The translations under genes were made by a program, and so were the position numbers. A DNA stretch of 64,000 bases, from positions 3,936,001 through 4,000,000 of the forward strand of contig OY760175.1 in the NCBI GenBank assembly GCA_963663165.1, in the 5' to 3' direction. This stretch comes from an uncultured Desulfospira sp. (lineage in GTDB: Bacteria; Desulfobacterota; Desulfobacteria; Desulfobacterales; Desulfobacteraceae). The notes beneath the pieces were generated by a model. It saw only the letters and a program-made list of their open reading frames with translations. It was not told the DNA's origin and did no database searches. Shown piece by piece: positions 49,193 to 58,848 of this stretch. Positions within the stretch are counted from its first letter, which is position 1. Every line of letters starts with the position of its first letter.

Positions 49193-49570
49193 TTATGGAA
49201 ACCCCCGGATTATTTCCCTGCTGTAACCGATAATTTGGGTAACCAGGTATTGGATGACAATTGCCGGCTTGATTCCATATTCCGTTATAATGACTTCCAT
49301 TGGCAAAACCGGCTCTTTGCATTTTTGATATGAAAGAACAGAAAGACTCCCGGATGTTTGTTGCTCCTCAGCTTCTTCAAGCTTTTTTGCCAGGTAGTTA
49401 TTTTTACAGACAGCTTTGTTTTTCCTGTTCCACTCTTCACATTGCCTCCGGTGAAGCTCATTTTGGCAAGCCGGGCTACATGTTTTCTGCCGTCCTTTTT
49501 GTCTTACATCAGGAGTGAACCATTTACGGCAAATAGAGCAAGGACGTTTTCCTCGTGAATTTTTTGCCAT
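49193..49570 (-). CDS. Passenger: Cys-motif hypothetical protein
   Basis: CSICRKWF...QKTCSPACQ. Confidence 0.65.
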   Translation of the reverse strand: MAKNSRGKRPCSICRKWFTPDVRQKGRQKTCSPACQNELHRRQCEEWNRKNKAVCKNNYLAKKLEEAEEQQTSGSLSVLSYQKCKEPVLPMEVIITEYGIKPAIVIQYLVTQIIGYSREIIRGFP

Positions 49571-49765
49571 TATTTCTTCTCCAAGATTTGAATCAGGGAG
49601 ATTTTATGTACCAAATTTTGAAGGATGCAGCAGCGGGGTCTGTCGGCGGGATAGGCGGGGTATGATTTTTATTTTATTTGCTGGGTATAGCGGCGGGATA
49701 TCTGCCCGTTACATTATTTCGCTATGAAACTGCGGGGTAAGCGTTACACTTTTTGAATCTTACCA

Positions 49766-50613
49766 CCCGCTGGTAATTGCAGGAGAGTGTCTTTTAGTGC
49801 CTTGACGGTAGGATGATCAATACGGCCAACATCCGTATCTTCGCCAAGGATTTGAAGCATGACTCTAAAATGACCATTGTAGGCCTTTATCGTCCGGGGC
49901 TTCCATAGACCCGCTTGAATATGTTCGGTTTTCCACTCTTGGATCAGATCCTTGATTAACGGACCGGAGGGTTTCGGCTGGGTGGTGACGGTTGGTGCTT
50001 GAACCGCCGAGGCCCCGGCGGGGACTTCCTGTTGTGGCGGCAGGAAGTTGTCATCACTATAATCGCCTTCGTTTCGGCGCTTTTCGATGGCAAGCACTTT
50101 GATCTGAGCCTTGAGGGTCTCTCGGCACATTTCAATGTAATCCACGGTGTCATTAGGAAGTTCATAATTGTTGGTCTCAAGGATATGATCAACAACCCGT
50201 CCTACCTTGGAATAGTCTCCTTTTTTGAGCTGTTCTTGGGCATCTTCAGTGAAATCGTCAATCTGGGTCAAATGCTCATCACGTATGTGAGGCATATCAC
50301 CCTCACCGTTGTAAACCGGTTCATAAGAAACCCGTTGCTCTTCCTCGTATTCAAGGCATTCATGAATAAAACCGTCAATCATCTGCTTTAATTTCTTGGG
50401 GTGTAGTAGCATTGGTGTCTTCCTGATTTTCCTGAATAGCTGGTGGACCCTTCCGGCAATGAGTTGTGCAAGTTGTGATGCCGTTCTGTGGTCAGCCCCT
50501 CTGAGGGATCTTCTTAGCTCTTTGAGTCCAACCTGAGGTTGGAGGTCAGACGGGATATTCATCCTGAAGTAATAGCCCGATTTGTTCTGTACCAGGTACA
50601 TGTCTTCCTTCAC
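49766..50613 (-). pseudogene. Tyrosine integrase, N-terminal part (DUF6538-like arm-binding domain)
   Basis: YYFRMNIPSDL....G.KELRRSL; adjacent to the tRNA; reconstructed ORF is 579 aa. Confidence 0.88.
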
Positions 50614-50711
50614 AATGTGTGTAACATTTGTGTGTAAGAAGCCACATATTGCCCAATCAAAAAGCCCCGTACTCTCGTAAGTAACCGAAAGTACAGGGGC
50701 CTTGAATTATC

Positions 50712-50788
50712 TGGTAGCGACGCAGGGATTTGAACCCCGGACTCTGCGGATATGAGCCGCATGCTCTGACCAACTGAGCTACGTCGCC
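50712..50788 (-). tRNA. tRNA with CAT anticodon, most likely elongator tRNA-Met
   Basis: GGCGACGTAGCTCAGTTGGTCAGAGCATGCGGCTCATATCCGCAGAGTCCGGGGTTCAAATCCCTGCGTCGCTACCA; cloverleaf, CCA end. Confidence 0.95.
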
Positions 50789-50841
50789 AAAAAAACTTGG
50801 GCACTATATCTCAGTCGTTTTTTTTTGTCAAACGTTATTTA

Positions 50842-52653
50842 TTACGGGTTTGCTTTCTTAAAGTCCGACACCTCAACGGTAAAATTTTGCAGGTTCTCGG
50901 GCAGCTCTGAGAACACGAGCATGAACGGGACCGTTCCTTTGGGTTTGAGATTCACATTGGTTTGGTTCATGCCCTCTTTGACGGACAGCCGTTTGTTGAT
51001 ATCGGCCATATTGTTGTTCTTTAATTCATCCTCGGAAAGAATGTTGCCGCAATAGGCGGTCAGGACTTTTGCCTTGACCTTTTCTTTGGTGAGCAGGGTT
51101 CCCCTTACCTGGATATAGCTGTAGGCAACCTTGGCCGGGTTCTCTACTTTTCCGGTAATGATGAACAGTTCTCCGGCGGTTTTGTTTGAAATGAACCGCC
51201 CGTTTACGTTTTTCTGGCTGGGAACAGGCTTGGGTTCAGGAGCAGAGGGGGTGTCGCCGGCTATGAATTGCTGGATAAACGGAATTTTCACATTGGATAG
51301 AAAGGGAATTTTATATCCCATGGACAGGCTCAGAGCATATGCACCGACCGTGATCAGGAAAACAAGAACGATCAGAATAACCGGTTTTCCCACGGCGGAA
51401 TTTTTCTTGTGTCTTCTTGGGGGGGCAGCCTCAAAGGCAATTTCCCGGTCTTCAAATTCCGAATTGTCTTTCTCCGCTGAAAGGTCTTCAGGCCGGCCAT
51501 TTATCCGGGCGGATGAATCTTGACCGTCTTCCGTTTCATCCATGTCCCCGGACTCTTCTTCCATATATTCAGCGTCGGTTTCCGGTTCCACCTCCTGGTC
51601 TAAAACCTGATCATAAGATGAAAAATCCGGCTCTTCCACTTCTACTGTTCCCGGTTCCGAAACCGGTTCCGAAAAATGGGAATCTTCCAGCTCAAGGGCT
51701 TTATCAGGGCTCTGGATCACCAGGTCGTCGTCGGCAAAATCAAGTTCAAACGCATCTTCTCCGTCATCTGAAAACAGGTCTTCTTCTTTTTGGGAAGGCA
51801 CTTCAGCGGCAGAATCAAGGGGCTCGATATCCGTCAGGGAGGCCGGTGTTACATCATGTTCCAAAGATTCTGCGGTTTCATCTGAAACCTCGGGCGCCGG
51901 CTCTCCTTCCGGAGGTACCGGTTCCTCTATAGAATCATCAAAATCCAGGTTGTCTGCCTCAAATTCAATATCGCTGTCAACATCCGTTTCCTGGATTTCC
52001 AGGTCATCAAATTCTTGAGGATACTCCAGTTCAAGCTCGAGATCATCAGACTCCGGGGGAGTCTCAAGCTCAAGCTTCAGGTCATCGGATTCCGGGGCAT
52101 CATCAAGCTCAAGCGCCAGGTCATCGGATTCCGGGGCATCATCAAATTCAAATTCCAGATCATCATCAAAATTTATGGAAAGGGTATCGCTGTCCGCTTC
52201 ATCCGGGTCAAGAGAAAGGCCGGTGTCCATTTCCAGGTCCAGTTCTTCATCATCAAACTGGATTTCAATATCGGCCTCATCAATATCGCCTAAGTCTATA
52301 TCTGAACCGGTTCCGCCGGTTTCGATGTCAACCTCCCCGTCACTGAAATCTTCATCAAAGTCCAGGCTGTCCATGTCCATGGAACGGGGGGCCTGAACAT
52401 CTGCCGGGTCTGCCCCGGCTTCAGGGGCCTTAGGGTCAATGCCGGTTTCCGGTTCCTCTTTGATCCCGATTTCTTCCTGATTTTCTTCAGGGGGAAGTTC
52501 AAGGGGTGGTTCCTGGGTATCGGACGGGGGCGGCAGGGGAAAGACAGTGAAAACGTGCCGGCATTTGCTGCACCGGACCTTTGAGCCCTCTTTTTTCACA
52601 AGGGAATCGTCAAGGGCAAAGGTTGTGGAACATTCCTCACAGGTGACTATCAT
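50842..52653 (-). CDS. MJ0042-type zinc-ribbon / acidic linker / TM / DUF3426-like protein
   Basis: MIVTCEEC...KVRCSKC; very acidic linker with 13-aa repeats; one TM; C-terminal beta domain. Confidence 0.85.
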   Translation of the reverse strand: MIVTCEECSTTFALDDSLVKKEGSKVRCSKCRHVFTVFPLPPPSDTQEPPLELPPEENQEEIGIKEEPETGIDPKAPEAGADPADVQAPRSMDMDSLDFDEDFSDGEVDIETGGTGSDIDLGDIDEADIEIQFDDEELDLEMDTGLSLDPDEADSDTLSINFDDDLEFEFDDAPESDDLALELDDAPESDDLKLELETPPESDDLELELEYPQEFDDLEIQETDVDSDIEFEADNLDFDDSIEEPVPPEGEPAPEVSDETAESLEHDVTPASLTDIEPLDSAAEVPSQKEEDLFSDDGEDAFELDFADDDLVIQSPDKALELEDSHFSEPVSEPGTVEVEEPDFSSYDQVLDQEVEPETDAEYMEEESGDMDETEDGQDSSARINGRPEDLSAEKDNSEFEDREIAFEAAPPRRHKKNSAVGKPVILIVLVFLITVGAYALSLSMGYKIPFLSNVKIPFIQQFIAGDTPSAPEPKPVPSQKNVNGRFISNKTAGELFIITGKVENPAKVAYSYIQVRGTLLTKEKVKAKVLTAYCGNILSEDELKNNNMADINKRLSVKEGMNQTNVNLKPKGTVPFMLVFSELPENLQNFTVEVSDFKKANP

Positions 52654-52761
52654 GGATTTTCCCCTTTGGCTATTTTGAAAGTACCGATAAACTGTCGGGT
52701 TTCTTTCCTGATTTTGTGCGGGCCGTATCCGGAATGAAAAACCGGTGGCGATCCCTGCCGG

Positions 52762-53277
52762 CTATAATTTCAGATCATAAATTGCCGGCAGATTTCTATA
52801 CCGCTCATTATAATCCAGTCCATAACCCACAATAAAACCTTTTTCAAGGGTAAAACAAGAATAACTCACTGCAACAGAGGTCTTACGACGCTCTTTTTTA
52901 TCGATCAGGGTGCAGATTTTTACGGACCGGGGATTGAGCAGGTTGACAAACTCAACAATTTTAAGCAGGGTTTTTCCCGTATCCACAATATCCTCTACCA
53001 GAAGGATGTCCCTGTCTTTTAATTCGAGGTCCGGCTGTTTGGTAAAGACAATCTGCCCGGACGAACTGGTCCCCTCATAAGATGAGGCCCCCATAAAATC
53101 AATGTCATGGTCAATGGCGATGCGCCGGCTCAAATCGGAAAGGAAAATAAACGACCCTTTTAAAATTCCCACAAGGACCAGGTCTTTATCTTTATAATCC
53201 TCGGCAATTTGATGTCCGATTTCGCTGACCTTTGCTTGGATTTCAGCCTCAGTGATAAGGGGAATGAATTCAGGCAT
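52762..53277 (-). CDS. hpt: Hypoxanthine phosphoribosyltransferase
   Basis: GILKGSFIF, LLVEDIVDTGKT, FIVGYGLDY. Confidence 0.95.
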   Translation of the reverse strand: MPEFIPLITEAEIQAKVSEIGHQIAEDYKDKDLVLVGILKGSFIFLSDLSRRIAIDHDIDFMGASSYEGTSSSGQIVFTKQPDLELKDRDILLVEDIVDTGKTLLKIVEFVNLLNPRSVKICTLIDKKERRKTSVAVSYSCFTLEKGFIVGYGLDYNERYRNLPAIYDLKL

Positions 53278-53337
53278 AATCAATATCTGACCGAAAACCC
53301 ATGTTTGGACGGCTCTATCGAGTCGTCCAAACACTGA

Positions 53338-54282
53338 TTATAATCCGGTTTTTTCCAGCTCCTTTATTAACTTCTTTTGTTCACCAGTAAGTTTTTTAGG
53401 CAGGTCTATATTTACAAGAACATAAAGGTCTCCGCAACCATTTCCTTTCATATAGGGAATCCCGTATCCGGCCAGCCGCATCTTTGCCTTGTTGTTGGTT
53501 CCGGCCGGCAGGTTCAGGCTTACGGTTTTCCCGGTGGGGGTGGCCACTTGAATTTTTCCCCCGAGCAGGGCCTGGCTTAACTTCACCTTATGGGTGACGG
53601 TGATGTCATTGCCCTCAATGGTGGTTCCGGCAGGAACGGACGGGGCAGACCGAATATAAAGGTTTCCGGCAGGGCCTCCCCCGGGGCCGGGCTCGCCTTT
53701 GCCGGCCAGCCGGATTTTTTTGCCGTAGGTCAGCCCTTTGGGGATTTTGACCTCAATGGCTTTTGTCCCGCGACCATCGCTGATGGTGATGGTTTTGACG
53801 GTCCCGTTAATCAGTTCATCAATGGTCAGGGGTATTTCATATTCAAGGTCTTTCCCCTTCATCGGGGCCTGCTGCCGGCCAAAGCCCTGGGCCCCGCCCA
53901 TGTTCTGAAAAAAAGGGTTGCCCCCCATGCCTGACGAAAAACCGCCCCTGGTACCGCCCTGCCGGAATGACCCTGAAAAGCCGCCCCCGCCGAATCCAAA
54001 TTCTTTTAAAATATCCCCGAGATCAAAATTTCTGAAAATATCTTCCTGGGAAAACCGCTGCTGGAAGTCGGCTGATCCGTAGGTGTCATACTGTTTGCGC
54101 TTTTCCGGATCACTCAGTACGGCATAGGCTTCACTGATTTTTTTAAATTTATCTTCTAAGGCCTTGTCCCCTTTGGTTTTGTCAGGATGGTATTTCAAAG
54201 CCAGTTTCCGGTACGCTTTTTTTATTTGCGCTGCATCGGCACTTTTTTCAATGCCCAGTATCTGGTAATAGTCATCGGCCAT
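53338..54282 (-). CDS. DnaJ class B (CbpA-like) co-chaperone
   Basis: HPD J-domain, G/F-rich region, C-terminal domain, no Zn finger. Confidence 0.92.
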   Translation of the reverse strand: MADDYYQILGIEKSADAAQIKKAYRKLALKYHPDKTKGDKALEDKFKKISEAYAVLSDPEKRKQYDTYGSADFQQRFSQEDIFRNFDLGDILKEFGFGGGGFSGSFRQGGTRGGFSSGMGGNPFFQNMGGAQGFGRQQAPMKGKDLEYEIPLTIDELINGTVKTITISDGRGTKAIEVKIPKGLTYGKKIRLAGKGEPGPGGGPAGNLYIRSAPSVPAGTTIEGNDITVTHKVKLSQALLGGKIQVATPTGKTVSLNLPAGTNNKAKMRLAGYGIPYMKGNGCGDLYVLVNIDLPKKLTGEQKKLIKELEKTGL

Positions 54283-54351
54283 GGTTTATTCCTTTTAATC
54301 AATTATTCCGATATCTTGTATCTTAAGATGATAAGTTCGGACAGCATTTAG

Positions 54352-56247
54352 TCAAGACCGTCCTTCAGATGGTTTTTGGTTTTGAAACGCCGCAATGGCC
54401 ACCATGAGTACCGAAATGGCCGCCGGCGTCATGCCGTCGGTCCGGGAGGCTTGCCCCAATGATTTCGGTCTTATTTTTCCCAGTTTTTCCCGGATCTCGT
54501 TGGACAGGCCGTGGACAGTGTTATAGTCTATCTGGTCCGGGATCCGTATTCTTTCAAGATCTTTAAATTTTTTAATCTCATTGTGCTGCCGTTTGATATA
54601 CCCTTCATACTTGATTTCAATTTCAACCTGCTGCTGCGCCCGTTCAGGGACGGGGTCAGGGGGCGGGCTGATTTCTTTAAGGTCGGCATAGGAAAGCTCG
54701 GCCCGCTTTAAAAGCTGCTCGGCCTTGACCCCGTTGGAGATGGGATTGCTCTGGCGGGACAGAAGGTATTCGTTCACCCCTCTTTCCGGTTTGACCACGG
54801 CTTTTTTGACCCGTTTAATTTCATCTTCGGCCCGGCGCTGGATTTCCCGACACAGGTCAAGGCGCGTTTTGGGGATCAGGCCGTAGTCATACCCCTTTTG
54901 GGCCAGCCTTAAATCCGCGTTGTCCTCCCTGAGCAGCAGCCGGTATTCGGCCCTGGAGGTGAACATGCGGTAGGGTTCTGTTGTGCCCCGGGTCACTAAG
55001 TCATCCACCATCACCCCCATATACCCCTCGGACCGGTCCAAAATAAAAGGGTCCCGGCTCTGGACTTTGCATGCGGCATTGATTCCGGCCCACAGCCCCT
55101 GGGCCCCGGCTTCTTCATACCCGGATGTTCCGTTGATCTGGCCGGCCAGGAAAAGCCCGGAAAGCTTCTTGGTCTCCAATGCCGGCGTCAGTTCCAGGGG
55201 ATTGACATAGTCGTATTCAATGGCATAGGCCGGCCGCATGATTTTGGCCCGCTCAAGCCCGGTTACCGACCGGACCACCTCATACTGGATTTCCAAGGGC
55301 AGGCTGTTGCCAAGACCGGACGCATAGATCTCTTTAGAGTCAATGCCCTCATATTCCAGGATCACATGGTGGCTTTCCCGGTGGGGGAATTTAACGATCT
55401 TATCCTCAAATGAAGGGCAGTACCGGGCCGACCGGCCTTTGATATGTCCGCCGTAAAGCGCTGAAAATTTAAGGTTTTTCCGGATAATCTCGTGGGTGGT
55501 TTCATTGGTTTCCCCCATGAAGCTGGGCAGCATGGGGGTGGTGATCTCTTTGGTCAAAAAGGAAAACGGCTTGGGCTCAGCTTCAGAGCCGTGGAGCCGG
55601 AACGCATCAAAATTTATGGTATCGGCGTGGAGCCGGGGCGGGGTTCCGGTTTTCATCCGGCCCATTTCAAACCCTAAATCCGCCAGATTTTGGGCCAGAT
55701 CCACAGCGGCAAACTCTCCGGCCCTTCCGGCCTGGATTTTTGAAGCCCCGATATGAACGGTTCCCTTTAAAAAGGTTCCCGTGGCAACGACCACGGCACC
55801 GGCTTTATATTCAAACCCCGTGTGATCCACTATACCCTTAACCTGCTGATCTTCAATGGCAAGGGTCTGAACCATGGCCTGTTTTAAATCCAGGTTGGGC
55901 GCTTTTTCCAGAACCGCTTTCATGTTCCTGGAATACATGGCCTTGTCGTTCTGGGTCCGGGTGGCGTGGACCGCCGGCCCTTTCCGGGTATTCAGGGTCC
56001 GGTACTGGATGGCGGACGAGTCGGTCACCCTGGCCATGGCACCGCCTAAGGCATCAATCTCCTTGACCAGCTGTCCCTTTGCCATACCCCCGATGGACGG
56101 GCTGCACGGCATGGCCGCAATTTTATCCATGTCAATGGTCAACAGCAGGGTGGCACACCCCATACGGGCCGCAGCAAGGGCGGCCTCACATCCGGCATGG
56201 CCGGCACCCACGACAATCACGTCGTATTTGTTTTCTGTAAAATTCAT
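54352..56247 (-). CDS. mnmG: tRNA uridine-5-carboxymethylaminomethyl modification enzyme
   Basis: GAGHAGCEAA, MKTGTPPR, RYCPS, AGQINGTSGYEEA, YRMFTSRAEYRL. Confidence 0.97.
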   Translation of the reverse strand: MNFTENKYDVIVVGAGHAGCEAALAAARMGCATLLLTIDMDKIAAMPCSPSIGGMAKGQLVKEIDALGGAMARVTDSSAIQYRTLNTRKGPAVHATRTQNDKAMYSRNMKAVLEKAPNLDLKQAMVQTLAIEDQQVKGIVDHTGFEYKAGAVVVATGTFLKGTVHIGASKIQAGRAGEFAAVDLAQNLADLGFEMGRMKTGTPPRLHADTINFDAFRLHGSEAEPKPFSFLTKEITTPMLPSFMGETNETTHEIIRKNLKFSALYGGHIKGRSARYCPSFEDKIVKFPHRESHHVILEYEGIDSKEIYASGLGNSLPLEIQYEVVRSVTGLERAKIMRPAYAIEYDYVNPLELTPALETKKLSGLFLAGQINGTSGYEEAGAQGLWAGINAACKVQSRDPFILDRSEGYMGVMVDDLVTRGTTEPYRMFTSRAEYRLLLREDNADLRLAQKGYDYGLIPKTRLDLCREIQRRAEDEIKRVKKAVVKPERGVNEYLLSRQSNPISNGVKAEQLLKRAELSYADLKEISPPPDPVPERAQQQVEIEIKYEGYIKRQHNEIKKFKDLERIRIPDQIDYNTVHGLSNEIREKLGKIRPKSLGQASRTDGMTPAAISVLMVAIAAFQNQKPSEGRS

Positions 56248-56386
56248 AACGCCTTAATATAATTTTGACTGGGAAATAATCAAGAGATAAGAAACAAGAA
56301 ACAAGAGACAGGGGGAAAAAAGGGAGGGGGCTGTGTTTGCAAAATTGGGGATTATGGCATAGCATGGGCTTGATTTTTGTTGGATC

Positions 56387-57322
56387 ATGGAAGGATTATT
56401 TTTTAAAATGGAAAAACGGTATACGGATTATAATTCCCATTTAAGGGCCATGTTCGGGGAAAGGGTTCAAAAAATCAGTGTGGACGCGGGGCTGACCTGT
56501 CCCAACCGGGACGGGCGCCTGTCCCGGAAAGGCTGCATTTACTGCAATGCCAAGGGATCTGGAACCAATGCCGCAGCCAGAGGGCTTTCCATCAAAGAGC
56601 AGATTGAGGCCGGCAAAATCGGGGCCCGGATTAAATATAAGGCCAGAAAATTTTTAGCCTATTTTCAATCCTATACCAATACCTATGCCAGTGTCGGCCG
56701 CATGAAAGAAATTTATGACCAGGCCCTTTCCTGTGACGGGGTAGTGGGCATGGCCATCGGAACCAGACCCGACTGCGTAGACCCTGAAAAAATTGATCTG
56801 CTGGCCGCCTATGCCCGGAATCACCTGGTCTGGCTGGAGTACGGGCTTCAGTCCGTCCATAATAAAACCCTGGACCTGATTAACCGGGGCCATGATTTCA
56901 AGGCGTTTCAGGATGCCGTGGGCATGACCCGAGGCCGGGGCATCAACATCTGTGCCCATGTGATCTTAGGACTGCCCGGCGAAGACCGGGCCATGATGCT
57001 GGAAACCGCTGAAAAACTGGCCGAGGCCGGCATCAACGGGGTTAAAATCCACCTGCTTTACGTGGTCAAGGGCACGGCACTGGACACCATGTTCCTTGAA
57101 GGCAAATACACCTGTATGGAGCAGGCAGATTACGTGGATATGGTCTGTGATTTTCTGGAGCGGCTCCCCAAGGAAATGGTAATCCAGCGGATTACCGGGG
57201 ATCCCCATCCCGAAGAACTCAGGGCCCCGGCCTGGGCCGCCCGGTACAGGGAAACCTTTAACATGATCCAGCATGCCATGGAACAAAGGGATTCGTGGCA
57301 GGGGTGCAAATTTAAAGTTTAA
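56387..57322 (+). CDS. TIGR01212/YhcC-family radical SAM protein (start may be 56408)
   Basis: TCPNRDG....GCIYC, YFQSYTNTY, IGTRPDC, HVILGLPGE. Confidence 0.92.
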   Translation: MEGLFFKMEKRYTDYNSHLRAMFGERVQKISVDAGLTCPNRDGRLSRKGCIYCNAKGSGTNAAARGLSIKEQIEAGKIGARIKYKARKFLAYFQSYTNTYASVGRMKEIYDQALSCDGVVGMAIGTRPDCVDPEKIDLLAAYARNHLVWLEYGLQSVHNKTLDLINRGHDFKAFQDAVGMTRGRGINICAHVILGLPGEDRAMMLETAEKLAEAGINGVKIHLLYVVKGTALDTMFLEGKYTCMEQADYVDMVCDFLERLPKEMVIQRITGDPHPEELRAPAWAARYRETFNMIQHAMEQRDSWQGCKFKV

Positions 57323-57390
57323 GCTGCAAATTGCACCCTTTTGCCAGTTTTTCATGATACTCAGCATCCAAGTCCATAAAAACCTGCCGG

Positions 57391-57824
57391 TCATCTTATT
57401 TGGGAACATATTTTATTCGAATCAATCGAAATCGTCCCGTCAGCTTCATCTGAAGGGCAATTTAAAATCTGATCCTTGAGTTGGTATGCATTGGAACTGC
57501 ACAGGCTCTCGTTGTTATATATCCGCAGATAATATTCAATATGACAGAGGCTGTCCATTGCGACACTGATTAAAGAAGGGTTATTTTTGATCTGAAAATT
57601 ACCTGCTGAACTCAGGTTGTCCAGTCCGGAAAGGGTTTTCAGGGAATCATTAGACGATAAAAGCATAAAAGAAACGGCCGTAAGATTTTCCAACCCGGAT
57701 AAATTTAATAAGGCGCTGTTATTCATAATGATTAGATTTTCAAGCGTGGTCAAACTTACCAAACCATTTAAACTGACAAGACGGTCGTTTTCTGAGACCG
57801 AAAAAAAAGAGTCAATATAGCTTA
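57391..57824 (-). pseudogene. C-terminal part of a secreted receptor-L-domain/LRR-like protein
   Basis: LxNLSGLENL repeats; rejoins 61973-63002 in frame (HLDLL|SYIDS). Confidence 0.82.
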
Positions 57825-58206
57825 GGGCCTCAGAAAAATTAATATCCACAATTCCATAGTCTGAATTCTGATTTCTATAGACAACATGGAATCGATAGTT
57901 TATGGTCAACATGGAAGATTACATAAAAAATACACTATGATCACAAATAACGGTTGGATTCAATAATGTCAATCGGTTACAAGCCAAAAAATGCCATACT
58001 TGATCATTTTTTTATGACATTTTTTCTCATTCTTAATTTGACCCATAAAAAACAAAAAATTGTAAAAGACCCGAAAATAAAGGATCCTGGGTTATATTAC
58101 TTGCTAGTAAAAATTCAAATCAAGGCTTGTAATGTCAGCCCGCTTTTGATAAAGTATTGCATATATTTGGTTAGTTCTGAGTATATTTGCAATACTTTAT
58201 CAGGAG

Positions 58207-58848
58207 GTGCTGGTACATATGGACAAAACACCAGACCTGAAGCTGATTTCAGCCTTTCAGGAAAACAAATGCTGGATGATCCAACCACTGGCCGAGCGAA
58301 TGAACTACTCCATCCCTTCAGTTCGGCGATTCCTGGCCAAAACCGGTTACTTCAGCAGTTTTTCCCACAATGGGAAATGGTACACCCTGGCCTCGATACC
58401 CCGTTTCAGCAGCAAGGGTCTTTGGTTTTACCGGGATATCGGTTTTTCAAGACATGGCCCGCTTACCCATACGCTGGTGAATCTGGTCGAGAAAAGCACA
58501 TCGGGGATGACAGCCGATCAACTGGGGCAGTTGCTTCGGTGCCGCTGCCATGCCGTTCTGGTTCAATTATACCGCAAGGGGCAGCTGCAAAGACAAAAGC
58601 ACGGCAGTTCCTATGTGTACCTGGCCATCGATCCTGTCAAAGCCGATGTTCAGGAAAAAGCCCTTCAAACGGAATATACACCCCTGCCGGCGGAGTTGGC
58701 TGTACAGATCCTCGTGGTATTTATCCAGAAACCCGGTTTGGATTTGAAACAGTTGGCCAAATCTGTTTTTCAAAAAACAGGAGTGCGGATCAACACAGAT
58801 CAGATTCAAACGCTTTTCGATACACACGGGATAAAAAAAAAGGCCTGA
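58207..58848 (+). CDS. OrfA of the nested IS (putative DNA-binding)
   Basis: RBS AGGAG; HTH-like segments; ends at an A9GG tract. Confidence 0.7.
   Translation: MLVHMDKTPDLKLISAFQENKCWMIQPLAERMNYSIPSVRRFLAKTGYFSSFSHNGKWYTLASIPRFSSKGLWFYRDIGFSRHGPLTHTLVNLVEKSTSGMTADQLGQLLRCRCHAVLVQLYRKGQLQRQKHGSSYVYLAIDPVKADVQEKALQTEYTPLPAELAVQILVVFIQKPGLDLKQLAKSVFQKTGVRINTDQIQTLFDTHGIKKKA

Larger units (their letters stand above)
45420..49765 (-). mobile_element. 4346-bp DDE+AAA transposon (IS21/Mu/Tn552-like) with three passenger ORFs
   Basis: TIRs TGATGAGATTCAAATAGTGTAACG / TGGTAAGATTCAAAAAGTGTAACG (21/24); 6-bp TSD CCCGCT at 45414-45419 and 49766-49771. Confidence 0.92.
38526..50699. mobile_element. Proximal genomic island integrated at tRNA-Met
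   Basis: 48-bp att repeats; integrase next to the tRNA; TGTGTGTAA arm-like repeats at 38583, 50616 and 50629. Confidence 0.9.

Noticed and set aside
45420..49765. CRISPR-associated or canonical Tn7 transposon
   Set aside because: No TniQ/TnsD, TnsA or Cas genes recognised; TSD is 6 bp rather than 5
30982..50699. Intact prophage or ICE
   Set aside because: No structural, terminase, lysis, relaxase or conjugation genes
50610..50804. 64-aa ORF over the tRNA
   Set aside because: Translation of the tRNA gene, not a protein
57954..58844. N-terminal ~297 aa of the 900-aa ORF as real protein
   Set aside because: Starts inside the IS terminal repeat and overlaps the better-supported 58207-58848 ORF; treated as an open shadow frame
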